DNA from: Prochlorococcus sp. AG-363-O16
GTDB lineage: Bacteria; Cyanobacteriota; Cyanobacteriia; PCC-6307; Cyanobiaceae
DNA length: 64,000 nt
Direction of reading: 5' to 3'
NCBI GenBank assembly: GCA_003280095.1
Contig: QCGA01000004.1
Coordinates: 151 to 64,150 of the forward strand
Part shown: one piece after another, positions 27,594 through 36,175 of the stretch
Numbering within the stretch: position 1 is the first letter of the stretch
Layout: every line of letters begins with the position of its first letter
Program-made: the position numbers and the translations under genes
Notes under the pieces: generated by a model
The model's database searches: none
What the model saw: the letters and a program-made list of their open reading frames with translations, nothing else
What the model was told of the DNA's origin: nothing

Positions 27594-28175
27594 TTGATTG
27601 CTTTTTTTCTCTTTCTGATCATCTTCTTGGTTGTTCTTTTAGGGGTTGCAACCTGGCTTTTGATGACTAATAAAAGTTCAGAGGCAGTGGAGGTTAAAGA
27701 GCTCTTAGGGACTGTATGGAATAACCTGAAGGAGCTTTCAACCAATCTAATAAAGCTTTACGGTGCAATTCAGAGCTTTGTAAAGGAGTTGACGGACAAG
27801 TCAGAAGAGACTGAAGTCCTTTCAGAGACTCTTATAGGTAAGGATTCTGCAGATATTACCCAGCAAAAAAATGAACTTATAGCAGTTGAAGCTTCAGCGG
27901 GTTCTGATCAAGTAAAAGACTCTGCACCCGACAATAAAACTGAAGAAGTTTTACACGCATCAGAATCAATTCGAAAACAGGATTTTCCTTCGGGTATGGA
28001 ACCTGAAGAGAAAGAGGATTCTTTAGATCTTAACCAATCATTTGAAATCTCGGATTTTTCCGCTGAAAGCAGTGAAGCTGAAATTACTAGTCAATCTGAT
28101 TCACCTGCGGAACCCTTTAAGTCTTCAGATGTCAAAGAAAGTCAACAATCCGTTCCAGGAGAAGACAATTTCTAG
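27594..28175 (+). CDS. N-terminally anchored acidic Ser/Glu-rich protein
   Basis: TM helix IAFFLFLIIFLVVLLGVATWLLM followed by a low-complexity acidic tail. Confidence 0.5.
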   Translation: MIAFFLFLIIFLVVLLGVATWLLMTNKSSEAVEVKELLGTVWNNLKELSTNLIKLYGAIQSFVKELTDKSEETEVLSETLIGKDSADITQQKNELIAVEASAGSDQVKDSAPDNKTEEVLHASESIRKQDFPSGMEPEEKEDSLDLNQSFEISDFSAESSEAEITSQSDSPAEPFKSSDVKESQQSVPGEDNF

Positions 28176-28351
28176 CAATGAATTTAGAAGAGCTTTATTG
28201 AATGTACAAATAATTGGCTAAGTATATTAACTTTGTAATAGGTTAAGCCGGAGAAAAAAAGTTTTCTTACCTTGATTGATTTCTTAAGTTAGAAAAGATC
28301 TGAAGAGTATCTCCATCTAATTATTGAGTTGACATCAACAAACGATCTGCT

Positions 28352-28552
28352 GTGATAAGAAGATATGAAATCATTTGTAAAATGGCAAAAAAACACTCTG
28401 CATTTGATGATTTTGTTGATCACTGCTTTATTGACAAACATCCGATTTGCAATGAAAGGAGAGAAAGGAGAGGAGAATCAATAGACCTGATATCTTCACA
28501 AATTATTTCTGAGTTGGTCGAATGTAATTTCGAAGATTTGCCTCTAGCTTGA
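28352..28552 (+). CDS. hypothetical small protein
   Basis: 66-aa track ORF. An ATG (MAKKHS..) lies 30 nt in. Confidence 0.3.
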   Translation: MIRRYEIICKMAKKHSAFDDFVDHCFIDKHPICNERRERRGESIDLISSQIISELVECNFEDLPLA

Positions 28553-28746
28553 AGATCAAACACAATCCACTTTTTGTATCCTCTTTGTTTCTTTAGTGAA
28601 GGAGTAAAGGGAATCTAAGGTCAAAACTCCTTAAATTAGTTGCTTTTACTCTTGATTCCTAACGACTTACAAAAAAGGTACAAATGCTCTATTGATTTAC
28701 GGATAATTAAGTGTGATCTTGAAATTGTAAATTCTTTACTGATTAA

Positions 28747-28986
28747 ATGAATAGCTTTTGGAGCGCTTTCCTTTCAAGTTACCTTCTTGAACTAGGGCAA
28801 GACACTTCTAATGAACAGAGAGATTTGAATAAGACCACTGCCTGGAAAACTGTTGTTGGCTCCTTGGAAGAAGACGCAACAGTAGGAGAAACCATTTCTA
28901 AGATAGGGGTTAAAGAGTCTGAAAAAATATACTCAATTTCAAGTCCTCTTTCTGAAGAAGATGAAAAAATAGACCTTGCAGCCTAG
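28747..28986 (+). CDS. hypothetical small acidic protein
   Basis: 79-aa ORF. Confidence 0.35.
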   Translation: MNSFWSAFLSSYLLELGQDTSNEQRDLNKTTAWKTVVGSLEEDATVGETISKIGVKESEKIYSISSPLSEEDEKIDLAA

Positions 28987-29548
28987 CTAAAACCTGATCA
29001 GATTTTAAATTAGAGACTATTAGTTTCTCATTCTTTCTGGAAAAAATTATTCTATTTTTTCAGGCTTTTTGTTAACTTTTGTTTTGATATTGCTACTTTA
29101 AATACCCTAACGTTTATCTATTTATAGATACAAGAAATTTTTATGTCTAGAGTGTTTTTTTTTAATGTATTTTTGCTATAAAAGCCAAATAAATAAAAAT
29201 CTAATTTCACTTTTTTTGTTCTATTTAATTTTGGCTTTAGTATGGTGTTTCATGATCCCCTAATTGTATTTTTTAATTGGTGGATTGATTCTTGATGAGA
29301 CTTTATACGCTTAAGCAAGATTAGTAGAAAGAAATGAACGCATAGAGCTTCTCTTCACAGTCCTCCAAAGATTGAATATGAAATAACTATGAATATGGAT
29401 ATCGCGCTAATGGCGGCCGGAGCAAAATACTTTTTTGATTCAGTCTGATGAATGTTGGTTTGTTCTTAACTTTATTTAGGATTTTCCTATTTTTTGTGGC
29501 TGCTTTGGGAGTAATTCCATAAATAGTGTCTATGAACCGTACCTTGTG

Positions 29549-29637
29549 CCCTATATATAGTGGTTACTACTCATGACGAGTGTGGATGCTGACGTTAACT
29601 TTGGCTCGATGGTCGGGTGATGGGGGTCAGTCGGCCT
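29549..29637 (+). repeat. GGTGATGGGG-box element, copy C (one box: 29616-29625)
   Basis: It matches the second half of modules A and B (CTATATATAGTGGTTAC..CATG..). The box is closed by GGTCG (29611-29615) and CGGCC (29632-29636). Confidence 0.75.
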
Positions 29638-29705
29638 AAAATGAAAGGGCAACTCCATGGTGGATAACTAAGGAGTTCCTCTGAAATTCTTTAGGGGGTA
29701 GTGCA

Positions 29706-29813
29706 ATGCTAACTTTCGACCGACTCAGCCGTTCCGAAATCGTTCACGGAAGGGTCGCTATGGCAGCCTTTCTGGTGATTGCTTTGTTTGAATTAATCAA
29801 GTTACAGATGTAA
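29706..29813 (+). CDS. hli: 35-aa one-helix high-light-inducible protein (HLIP)
   Basis: ATG at 29706 and TAA at 29811-29813. SEIVHGRVAMAAFLVIALFE carries the ExxHGRxAM chlorophyll-binding motif of the CAB/ELIP/HLIP family. It falls below the track cut-off. Confidence 0.6.
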   Translation: MLTFDRLSRSEIVHGRVAMAAFLVIALFELIKLQM

Positions 29814-30074
29814 GGAAATATAGGCTTCACGGCTTTTCTCTGAAGCAAATCCCTCGGGTTTTGTAGGCCATTTAATTTAAGGTTTTCTTTTAAGACCAAA
29901 TTAGATCACCTTGACATGGAGATGGCTAGGTATAAAGGCCTAGGTTCGTTGCGATTTTTGGCCTAATAAACTGTTCCTCGGGCAATTAAATAAAGACCTT
30001 TAACTATTTTGCTCAGATGAATTCAGTCGCATGTAGGGTTCATGGCGTATTTACGCCTTCAGCTCTTAAAAGTT

Positions 30075-31169
30075 ATGCAGACGTATGGAAATCCAAACCT
30101 CACGTACCCGTGGTGGGTTGGTAATTCTGTAGTCACCAGCAAGTCAAGCCGATTCATTGGTTCGCATGTTGGTCATACAGGTTTGATTGCTTTCAATGCT
30201 GGTGCCATCACTCTTTTTGAGCTAGCACGCTTTGATCCTTCATTGCCCATGGGCCATCAGGGATTGATCTTTTTGCCTCATTTGGCTTCTATCGGAATTG
30301 GTTTCGACGAAGCTGGTGTCTGGACAGGTGTAGGAGTTGCCTTCATTGGTGTTTTCCACTTGATCTGTTCAATGGTTTATGCAGGTGCAGCACTTTTGCA
30401 TTCACTTGTGTTTAGTGAGGACACTCAGAACAGTTCAGGTCTATTTGCTGATGATCGCCCTGAGCACCGTCAAGCCGCTAGGTACAAGCTTGAATGGGAA
30501 AATCCAGACAACCAGACTTTCATTCTTGGACACCATTTACTTTTCTTTGGTGTAGCAAACATCTGGTTTGTTGAATGGGCAAGAGTTCACGGAATCTATG
30601 ACCCATCGATCGAGGCAGTAAGACAAGTTGCTTACAACCTCGACTTAACCCAAATTTGGAACCATCAGTTTGACTTCCTTGGCATTAGTAGCCTTGAGGA
30701 TGTTATGGGTGGTCATGCATTCTTAGCCTTTTTCCAAATAGGTGGTGGTGCATTCCATATCGCTACTAAGCAAATTGGTGAGTACACCGAGTTCAAGGGT
30801 TCAAATGTTCTTTCAGCAGAAGCAATCCTTTCTTGGTCACTTGCAGGCATAGGTTGGATGGCAATCATTGCTGCTTTCTGGTGCGCCACTAATACCACTG
30901 TTTATCCTGAGGCTTGGTACGGAGAGACTCTCCAGCTTAAGTTTGGGATTTCACCATATTGGATAGATACAGTTTCCATTACGGATGGACCTAGTGCTGC
31001 ATTTGGTCATACCAATCGTGCTTGGCTGACCAATGTTCACTATTACCTAGGGTTCTTCTTTATCCAAGGTCATCTGTGGCATGCTATCCGCGCTTTAGGT
31101 TTTGACTTTAAGCGTGTTGTTGGAGCAGTAAGGAACTTGGACAATGCATCAATCAAACTTCAAGATTGA
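30075..31169 (+). CDS. pcb: divinyl-chlorophyll a/b light-harvesting protein Pcb (CP43/IsiA family)
   Basis: MQTYGNPNLTYPWWVGNSVVTSKSSRFIGSHVGHTGLIAFNAGAITLFELARFDP.. is a canonical Pcb N-terminus. Six TM helices. The track ORF starts 33 nt earlier. Confidence 0.95.
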   Translation: MQTYGNPNLTYPWWVGNSVVTSKSSRFIGSHVGHTGLIAFNAGAITLFELARFDPSLPMGHQGLIFLPHLASIGIGFDEAGVWTGVGVAFIGVFHLICSMVYAGAALLHSLVFSEDTQNSSGLFADDRPEHRQAARYKLEWENPDNQTFILGHHLLFFGVANIWFVEWARVHGIYDPSIEAVRQVAYNLDLTQIWNHQFDFLGISSLEDVMGGHAFLAFFQIGGGAFHIATKQIGEYTEFKGSNVLSAEAILSWSLAGIGWMAIIAAFWCATNTTVYPEAWYGETLQLKFGISPYWIDTVSITDGPSAAFGHTNRAWLTNVHYYLGFFFIQGHLWHAIRALGFDFKRVVGAVRNLDNASIKLQD

Positions 31170-31216
31170 TTCGTCTCAGGTTTCTATTAGGGTAGCTTGA
31201 ACCCTTGAATTTGAGG

Positions 31217-31250
31217 AAAAGCCTCGTCATTTGACGGGGCTTTTCTTGTT
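31217..31250 (+). terminator. intrinsic terminator of pcb
   Basis: GCCTCGTCA..TGACGGGGC stem (31221-31240) followed by the T-rich run TTTTCTTGTTTTCTGGTTTTTTT. Confidence 0.7.
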
Positions 31251-31273
31251 TTCTGGTTTTTTTTAATACAGAT

Positions 31274-31459
31274 ATGAACAACAACAGCAGATTTATTGTA
31301 AAAGCCTTTCCAGTCATGGTCGGATTAGGAGTCACATGGTTGGCAGTAAATCTTATAAGGAAGGAAAGAAACTTGTTGCTACGAAGTATCGAGCTTAAGC
31401 AGGCTTTAGATTCGAAATCCAAGAAGGAGAGAAGAAAGCATCTGCTCGGTAATCATTGA
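31274..31459 (+). CDS. small single-TM protein
   Basis: 61-aa ORF with one hydrophobic helix followed by a basic tail. Confidence 0.35.
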   Translation: MNNNSRFIVKAFPVMVGLGVTWLAVNLIRKERNLLLRSIELKQALDSKSKKERRKHLLGNH

Positions 31460-31956
31460 TTTGAACTAGTGATTTACGAGGGTTCTATCACCTGGTTCCA
31501 AGATTTTTTAGGAATTATATTCCTACTGGTGTTGAGCCTATCTATCTCTTATGGGTGGAAATTAGTTTCTTAATGACACTTTAGCGTTTATTTTTTATAA
31601 AAATTACTTATAGGTAGAAGTTTTAAGTCTGATCTTTCTTTAACAAGTTCTGACAAACACTTTTGTTGATTTTGCCACGATTTTAAATTCAATTTGTCAA
31701 AAAAGATAATCGAGTGGTTTCCTTCTAAGAAAAATCCATTCATCTTTTAGAACTTTGAGATGGAAGGAGATTTTGATAGGGCTAGATTGGATTCTTGAAT
31801 TAGATTGCGGAAAGTTCTACTGAAGACAGGATCTTAATAATTCCCAGACGAATTACCTCACTCAAAGCATGAACGTGCTCCCTATCTTCACATTGGATTG
31901 TTGTTCCTTTACCTGTGCGCGACATTGATGATTGCATTGCCAAGTCCTGGAGGCGC

Positions 31957-31994
31957 TTTCCCCCTATTGGTTCATGTAAACCAATAGGGGGAAA
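31957..31994 (-). terminator. 16-bp perfect hairpin 23 nt downstream of the pstS stop
   Basis: TTTCCCCCTATTGGTT, loop CATGTA, then AACCAATAGGGGGAAA. No U-run follows. Confidence 0.55.
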
Positions 31995-32016
31995 GATTAC
32001 AGCTAAAACAATTAAG

Positions 32017-33012
32017 TCACTTTCCAATTCTTTCTATAGCAGCAAGTGATTCGCTACGGATATTTTCCCCTAATGGGACGAATCCCAGTTTGGATGCCTT
32101 GGCTTGGTATTGGTCACTAAGTAATGTAATTAAGGTTTCCTTGATGGCAGTGGTTTTGGTTCCATTGCCTGACTGATAGGCCAAGATCCAAGTGAGTGTG
32201 GCAATTGGATAAGCGTCTCTACCTTTTGGATTAGGGTTTGTCCCGGCCAGGTTGTTGTCTAATTTGATCCCATTTAGTGCCGCAGTGCCTGTTGTAGTAG
32301 AAGGTTTCAAAAATTCGCCAGAGAGATTTTGTAATGCAGCTGCTTTAATTTCGCCTTTTATATAGGACTGGTTTAAATAGCCAATGGCACCAGGAGTATT
32401 TCTAATAATCACAGCCACTCCAGCATTGCCTTTCCCTCCTACGCCTCTTGGCCAGCTAAGTGACTTGCCAGTCCCCAAGGTCCATTCCCTTGAGAAGGCT
32501 TGCATTGAATTGGTGAATGTTTTGGTGGTACCAGAGCCATCTGATCTGTATACCCAAGTGAGTTTCTGTGCAGAACAGCCCAGTTCTTTCCAGTTTTTTA
32601 TTTTCCCCATTGCGATCCTAACTGCCTCGGTTTGGGTCAATTTGAGTTCACAATTTGGTTTGTTGTAACCAAAGGCGATGGTGCCTCCAACCATAGGAAT
32701 CTGGATTAAGCCACGAGTAACTTTGGCAATATCTTTAGCTTTCATTGGGTCGTCTGATGCCCCGAAGTCTACGGTCTGGTCGATAAAGGCTTTGCGACCA
32801 GAACCAGAACCTATAGCTTGGTAGTTCACCTTAGGTCCACCGGACTTGGCTAGATCAGAGAACCAACGCGTATAGATATTTGCAGGGAAGGTTGCTCCAG
32901 CACCACTGAGGCGGAGACTAGAAGTTTTGCTTGAAGAGCTGCATGAGGCAGTAATACCTGCCCCAAACGTAAGGAGGGAAAATAGGACAAAGGCCTTTTT
33001 CGATAAGGACAT
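32017..33012 (-). CDS. pstS: phosphate ABC transporter substrate-binding protein
   Basis: Lipoprotein signal (..GITASC). LSGAGATFP and later PstS-type blocks. Confidence 0.92.
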   Translation of the reverse strand: MSLSKKAFVLFSLLTFGAGITASCSSSSKTSSLRLSGAGATFPANIYTRWFSDLAKSGGPKVNYQAIGSGSGRKAFIDQTVDFGASDDPMKAKDIAKVTRGLIQIPMVGGTIAFGYNKPNCELKLTQTEAVRIAMGKIKNWKELGCSAQKLTWVYRSDGSGTTKTFTNSMQAFSREWTLGTGKSLSWPRGVGGKGNAGVAVIIRNTPGAIGYLNQSYIKGEIKAAALQNLSGEFLKPSTTTGTAALNGIKLDNNLAGTNPNPKGRDAYPIATLTWILAYQSGNGTKTTAIKETLITLLSDQYQAKASKLGFVPLGENIRSESLAAIERIGK

Positions 33013-33290
33013 TGGCAGTCCAGGGAAAATTGGCTCTCTTAGATTAAGTGAGATGTATATGCATTTTTTGATTTGATCATGACCTGATAACCATATGGCT
33101 AAATTTTGGGCTCATTGATTTTGTTTTATTGAGATTTAACTTTATAAGGGGTTTCGAAAATTGGTTGTTTGATGATTAAATTAAATGCATATCTGAATGG
33201 AAGGTTCCTTTATAATTTAACTTTTTGGGAATATTTTTGTATTTTAATCTCTTCTTCTCTTCAAAAATGTCTTTATTAGTTCGATTTGGA

Positions 33291-33683
33291 TTAGCCTGGA
33301 TCCAAAGGAATACCTTTAATTTTTAGTGCTAAACGTCTTGCTTGCAAAAGTAAAGGGTAAAGAAGACGTGACCTCTTTTGATTGGCCATTAAAGGGGCAA
33401 GTATTTTAAGCAGATTTGCAGAAGGTCTCATGCGACTACAGATCCAGTTTATGGCGTCTGCACCATGCAAAATATTTTCACCATCGATCAGTATTGCTCC
33501 ATAACTGAGGTTAAAGCCTTTGGCAGCAAGTTTATTTCTCAGTAGTTTGTCGGATCTCCCATCTCTTATCTGTAAGGAGTTAATTCCACTTCTTAACTCA
33601 CTTAATTCCGCAAAGTGACGACAAAATGGACAACCTCCGTCGAAAACGAGAATTGGTCCTTTCATGGCAATTAAAAAAACCAT
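33291..33683 (-). CDS. DCC-family thiol-disulfide oxidoreductase-like protein (DUF393-like)
   Basis: N-terminal VFDGGCPFCRHF motif. Confidence 0.6.
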   Translation of the reverse strand: MVFLIAMKGPILVFDGGCPFCRHFAELSELRSGINSLQIRDGRSDKLLRNKLAAKGFNLSYGAILIDGENILHGADAINWICSRMRPSANLLKILAPLMANQKRSRLLYPLLLQARRLALKIKGIPLDPG

Positions 33684-33835
33684 GATCTAACCATAACTGG
33701 ATAATCCCGAAAAAAAATATTTCTTAGTATTTCTGACGATACTGATCAATAGTTGAAATTATCTAATCATTGTTATTTCTATGACATTCGCTTGGATCAG
33801 TTTGTAGTATATTTGTAAGACTTTATGATTATATT

Positions 33836-34063
33836 TTAACCATCAATAAGTTTGAATGAGGGCAGCTTTATCAAAGAAAGGGAACTTCTATCCTTATCCT
33901 TTAGCTCCTGTTCAAAAGTGTTAAGACTTGGATTCAGCCTAATCAAAATTCTAACTATTTTCTTTGCCTTGTATTCATAGTTAAAGGCCTTTTCGCATAC
34001 CCTGTTACCAATAAAACACAATCGTTTAGCCAAAGCCCTCTCGGTGAGAAAGTCTTTGATCAA
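33836..34063 (-). CDS. hypothetical protein
   Basis: 75-aa ORF. Confidence 0.3.
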   Translation of the reverse strand: MIKDFLTERALAKRLCFIGNRVCEKAFNYEYKAKKIVRILIRLNPSLNTFEQELKDKDRSSLSLIKLPSFKLIDG

Positions 34064-34072
34064 AGAATAATA

Positions 34073-34366
34073 ATGTCTTACCAGGAATTTAGTTATCAGG
34101 TAGTGAAAACCCTCTTCACAGAATTCTCAAATACTATTAGTGTCCTAATAAGTAAAGATAAGTTTTTCATGGCTATTGATCCGGAGGTTATTCCTTCATC
34201 GAGTGATGCGGGGAGTAAAGCTATTAGTTTTATCCCTAAGTGGGCTATCTATTCTGCTATTGCTTTGGGGATCTTTGTCTTGATAGGGGTTCTAAGAACT
34301 TTGCTCCCTCTAATTGTTATGGCATTGTTGGTAGGTCTTATTTGGAGGCAGTCTACAAAGTCCTGA
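34073..34366 (+). CDS. hypothetical membrane protein
   Basis: 97-aa ORF. C-terminal TM helices (..AIYSAIALGIFVLIGVLRTLLPLIVMALLVGLIW). Confidence 0.35.
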   Translation: MSYQEFSYQVVKTLFTEFSNTISVLISKDKFFMAIDPEVIPSSSDAGSKAISFIPKWAIYSAIALGIFVLIGVLRTLLPLIVMALLVGLIWRQSTKS

Positions 34367-34461
34367 ACTAGATTTTCTAGGCTTAATTTTAAAAAAAAAT
34401 CTTATTTTAATCATTGTTTGTATGTCTTAATTGTTGGAATCTTTCTGTAAATGAAATTCTG

Positions 34462-35691
34462 TTAAGGGGATTCCTCGATGAGTTTATTTAACAAATCCTG
34501 CCACTTTGCCAAGCATTGTTGAAGTTTAAACTCTTCTTTGATTACACCTTTGACTCGACTTTTGGGATCAAGAGCCTGCTTGATTGAACTATTTATTTCG
34601 TCTTGATTCTCAAGATTTGTCAGCAGTAAACTGTTTTCGTAAGCAATATTTTCTGTGGCAGGACTTTTGTTTGTTAATACAGTTGCACCACAGGCAATTG
34701 CCTCGAAAAGGCTCCAACTCGTAATATAAGGCTTTGTGAAATAACAGTGTAAATCGCTTCTCCATAGTAGATTTCTGTACTCAGGATAATCTAAATTCCC
34801 TGTAAAGTTAATGCTTCCTTTTGGTACTTTTTCTTTGATATTTTCCATCATATACTCTTTCCAGCTTCCACTTTTATTGGGTGCTGAATAGCTATATTGT
34901 TGATAGTCAGTGCCTGCGATTATAACTTTAAGATCTTCATACTCTTTGAATAAGTATGGTAGGGAAAGCATGAATTCTGGAAACCCTCTTATTGGCTCCA
35001 ACCCTCTAGTCGCAAACGTCAGAACTCTTTCTTCTTTGGAGATGAAATAGGTTTTGTTTTTTAGGCTTGATCTAAGTTCTAAATCAAGTGCCTTAAAATT
35101 TTGTGGTGCAGGGTGGAAAAAACTTGTATCTATCCCATCAAAAATGACTTGTAGTTTATTTTGATAAGCATTTGGGAACTGTTTCTTTTGCCAATGGGTA
35201 GGAACGATTGCTGCATCGCATATTTCTAGTTCTTGCAAGATAATCATATTCCGAGTGTTCACTTTCATTCGTTCTTCAAAGTTTATTGTTCCTTTTAGAT
35301 GCTTTAAAGTTCCTTCTTTTAGCCACCACTCAAAATAAGTTACTATTTTTGCATTAGGAAACACAGTATTAATATATAAGCCGTAACCTCTTCCACCATA
35401 GACTATTATTAGTTTTGGGGAAAACCCCTCTCCTTTTAGTTCTCTCAAAACACTTATTGTTGCTTCAGCATTGATGAAACCTCCTTCTATGTATTGCATC
35501 TGACCATATATTTTGGTATTAACCTTTCTCACAAGTCCAAGCCTTTTTATTGTTATTCCTGGAATATTTTCTCTGCTTGAGTAGCCGGAACCTGTGATAA
35601 ATATTATTCTATGAGATCCTTTGGCTGCAATGGAATTGCAGAGATTCCTGAATTGGGCAGGGTAATTATTGTGGATAAAGATTATGTCCAA
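34462..35691 (-). CDS. glycosyltransferase, GT-B fold (family 4-like)
   Basis: 409 aa. The C-terminal ..SWSLFEAIACGATVLT.. resembles the E..G....EA.A.G.P block of GT4 enzymes. Confidence 0.7.
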   Translation of the reverse strand: MDIIFIHNNYPAQFRNLCNSIAAKGSHRIIFITGSGYSSRENIPGITIKRLGLVRKVNTKIYGQMQYIEGGFINAEATISVLRELKGEGFSPKLIIVYGGRGYGLYINTVFPNAKIVTYFEWWLKEGTLKHLKGTINFEERMKVNTRNMIILQELEICDAAIVPTHWQKKQFPNAYQNKLQVIFDGIDTSFFHPAPQNFKALDLELRSSLKNKTYFISKEERVLTFATRGLEPIRGFPEFMLSLPYLFKEYEDLKVIIAGTDYQQYSYSAPNKSGSWKEYMMENIKEKVPKGSINFTGNLDYPEYRNLLWRSDLHCYFTKPYITSWSLFEAIACGATVLTNKSPATENIAYENSLLLTNLENQDEINSSIKQALDPKSRVKGVIKEEFKLQQCLAKWQDLLNKLIEESP

Positions 35692-35797
35692 TTTAACCTC
35701 TATATGAAATACTTTCTTTTTGGTTCTGGTGACCTAATTAAGGTTTCAGAAAGTACCTCTCTCCATTGATCGCAACGAAAGCAATTCTGAGGGTATT

Positions 35798-36082
35798 TCA
35801 TATCGCAACCTCGTCTTTTCTATCAAAGATAAACTTTAGTATTAGTATTGTTAATCCTAGTATGAATGTGATTACATTGAATAATATAACTGGCATAGAA
35901 TGTATTCCCCATCCATATACTTCCCACAAGATAATTCCTGTAATGAAGAGAATGAACATCACATATGAGATGTCCTTTGCTGATTTTGTTCTCCATACTT
36001 TTATTAATTGTGGTACGAAGGCAATGGTGGTAAGTGTTCCGGCAAATAGACCTAAAACATCCATTTGGGTTAGAGATTCCAT
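35798..36082 (-). CDS. SemiSWEET / PQ-loop family small transporter
   Basis: 94 aa with three TM helices. PQ motif in TTIAFVPQLIKVWRTKSAKDIS. Confidence 0.75.
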   Translation of the reverse strand: MESLTQMDVLGLFAGTLTTIAFVPQLIKVWRTKSAKDISYVMFILFITGIILWEVYGWGIHSMPVILFNVITFILGLTILILKFIFDRKDEVAI

Positions 36083-36175
36083 TAATAGCTCCGGTTAAAT
36101 CTGAGTTGATTTGGTTACACCTTTTATCTTATGCGATTCGCTTGAATTAAACATTCTTTAAGTCTTTAATGAAAA

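Noticed and set aside
29738-29765. CGUUCACGGAAGG string resembling the glutamine-riboswitch core on the + strand
   Set aside because: It lies inside the HLIP ORF and simply encodes I-V-H-G-R of the ExxHGRxAM motif. No AAGGAACG partner or pseudoknot follows.
31800-32027. 75-aa minus-strand ORF overlapping the 3' end of pstS
   Set aside because: It contains the 16-bp perfect hairpin and overlaps the pstS stop. It is most simply the translated terminator region.
33013-33290. Pho-box (PhoB) sites upstream of pstS
   Set aside because: Single octamers fitting PyTTAAPyPy(T/A) occur (CTTAATCT and TTTAATTT). I could not find two or three of them phased at 11 bp. In such AT-rich DNA isolated matches are expected.
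35766-36098. 110-aa + strand ORF from the track
   Set aside because: It is exactly antisense to the 94-aa PQ-loop/SemiSWEET ORF, which has a recognisable motif and three clean TM helices. The + strand product has no features and looks like a shadow frame.
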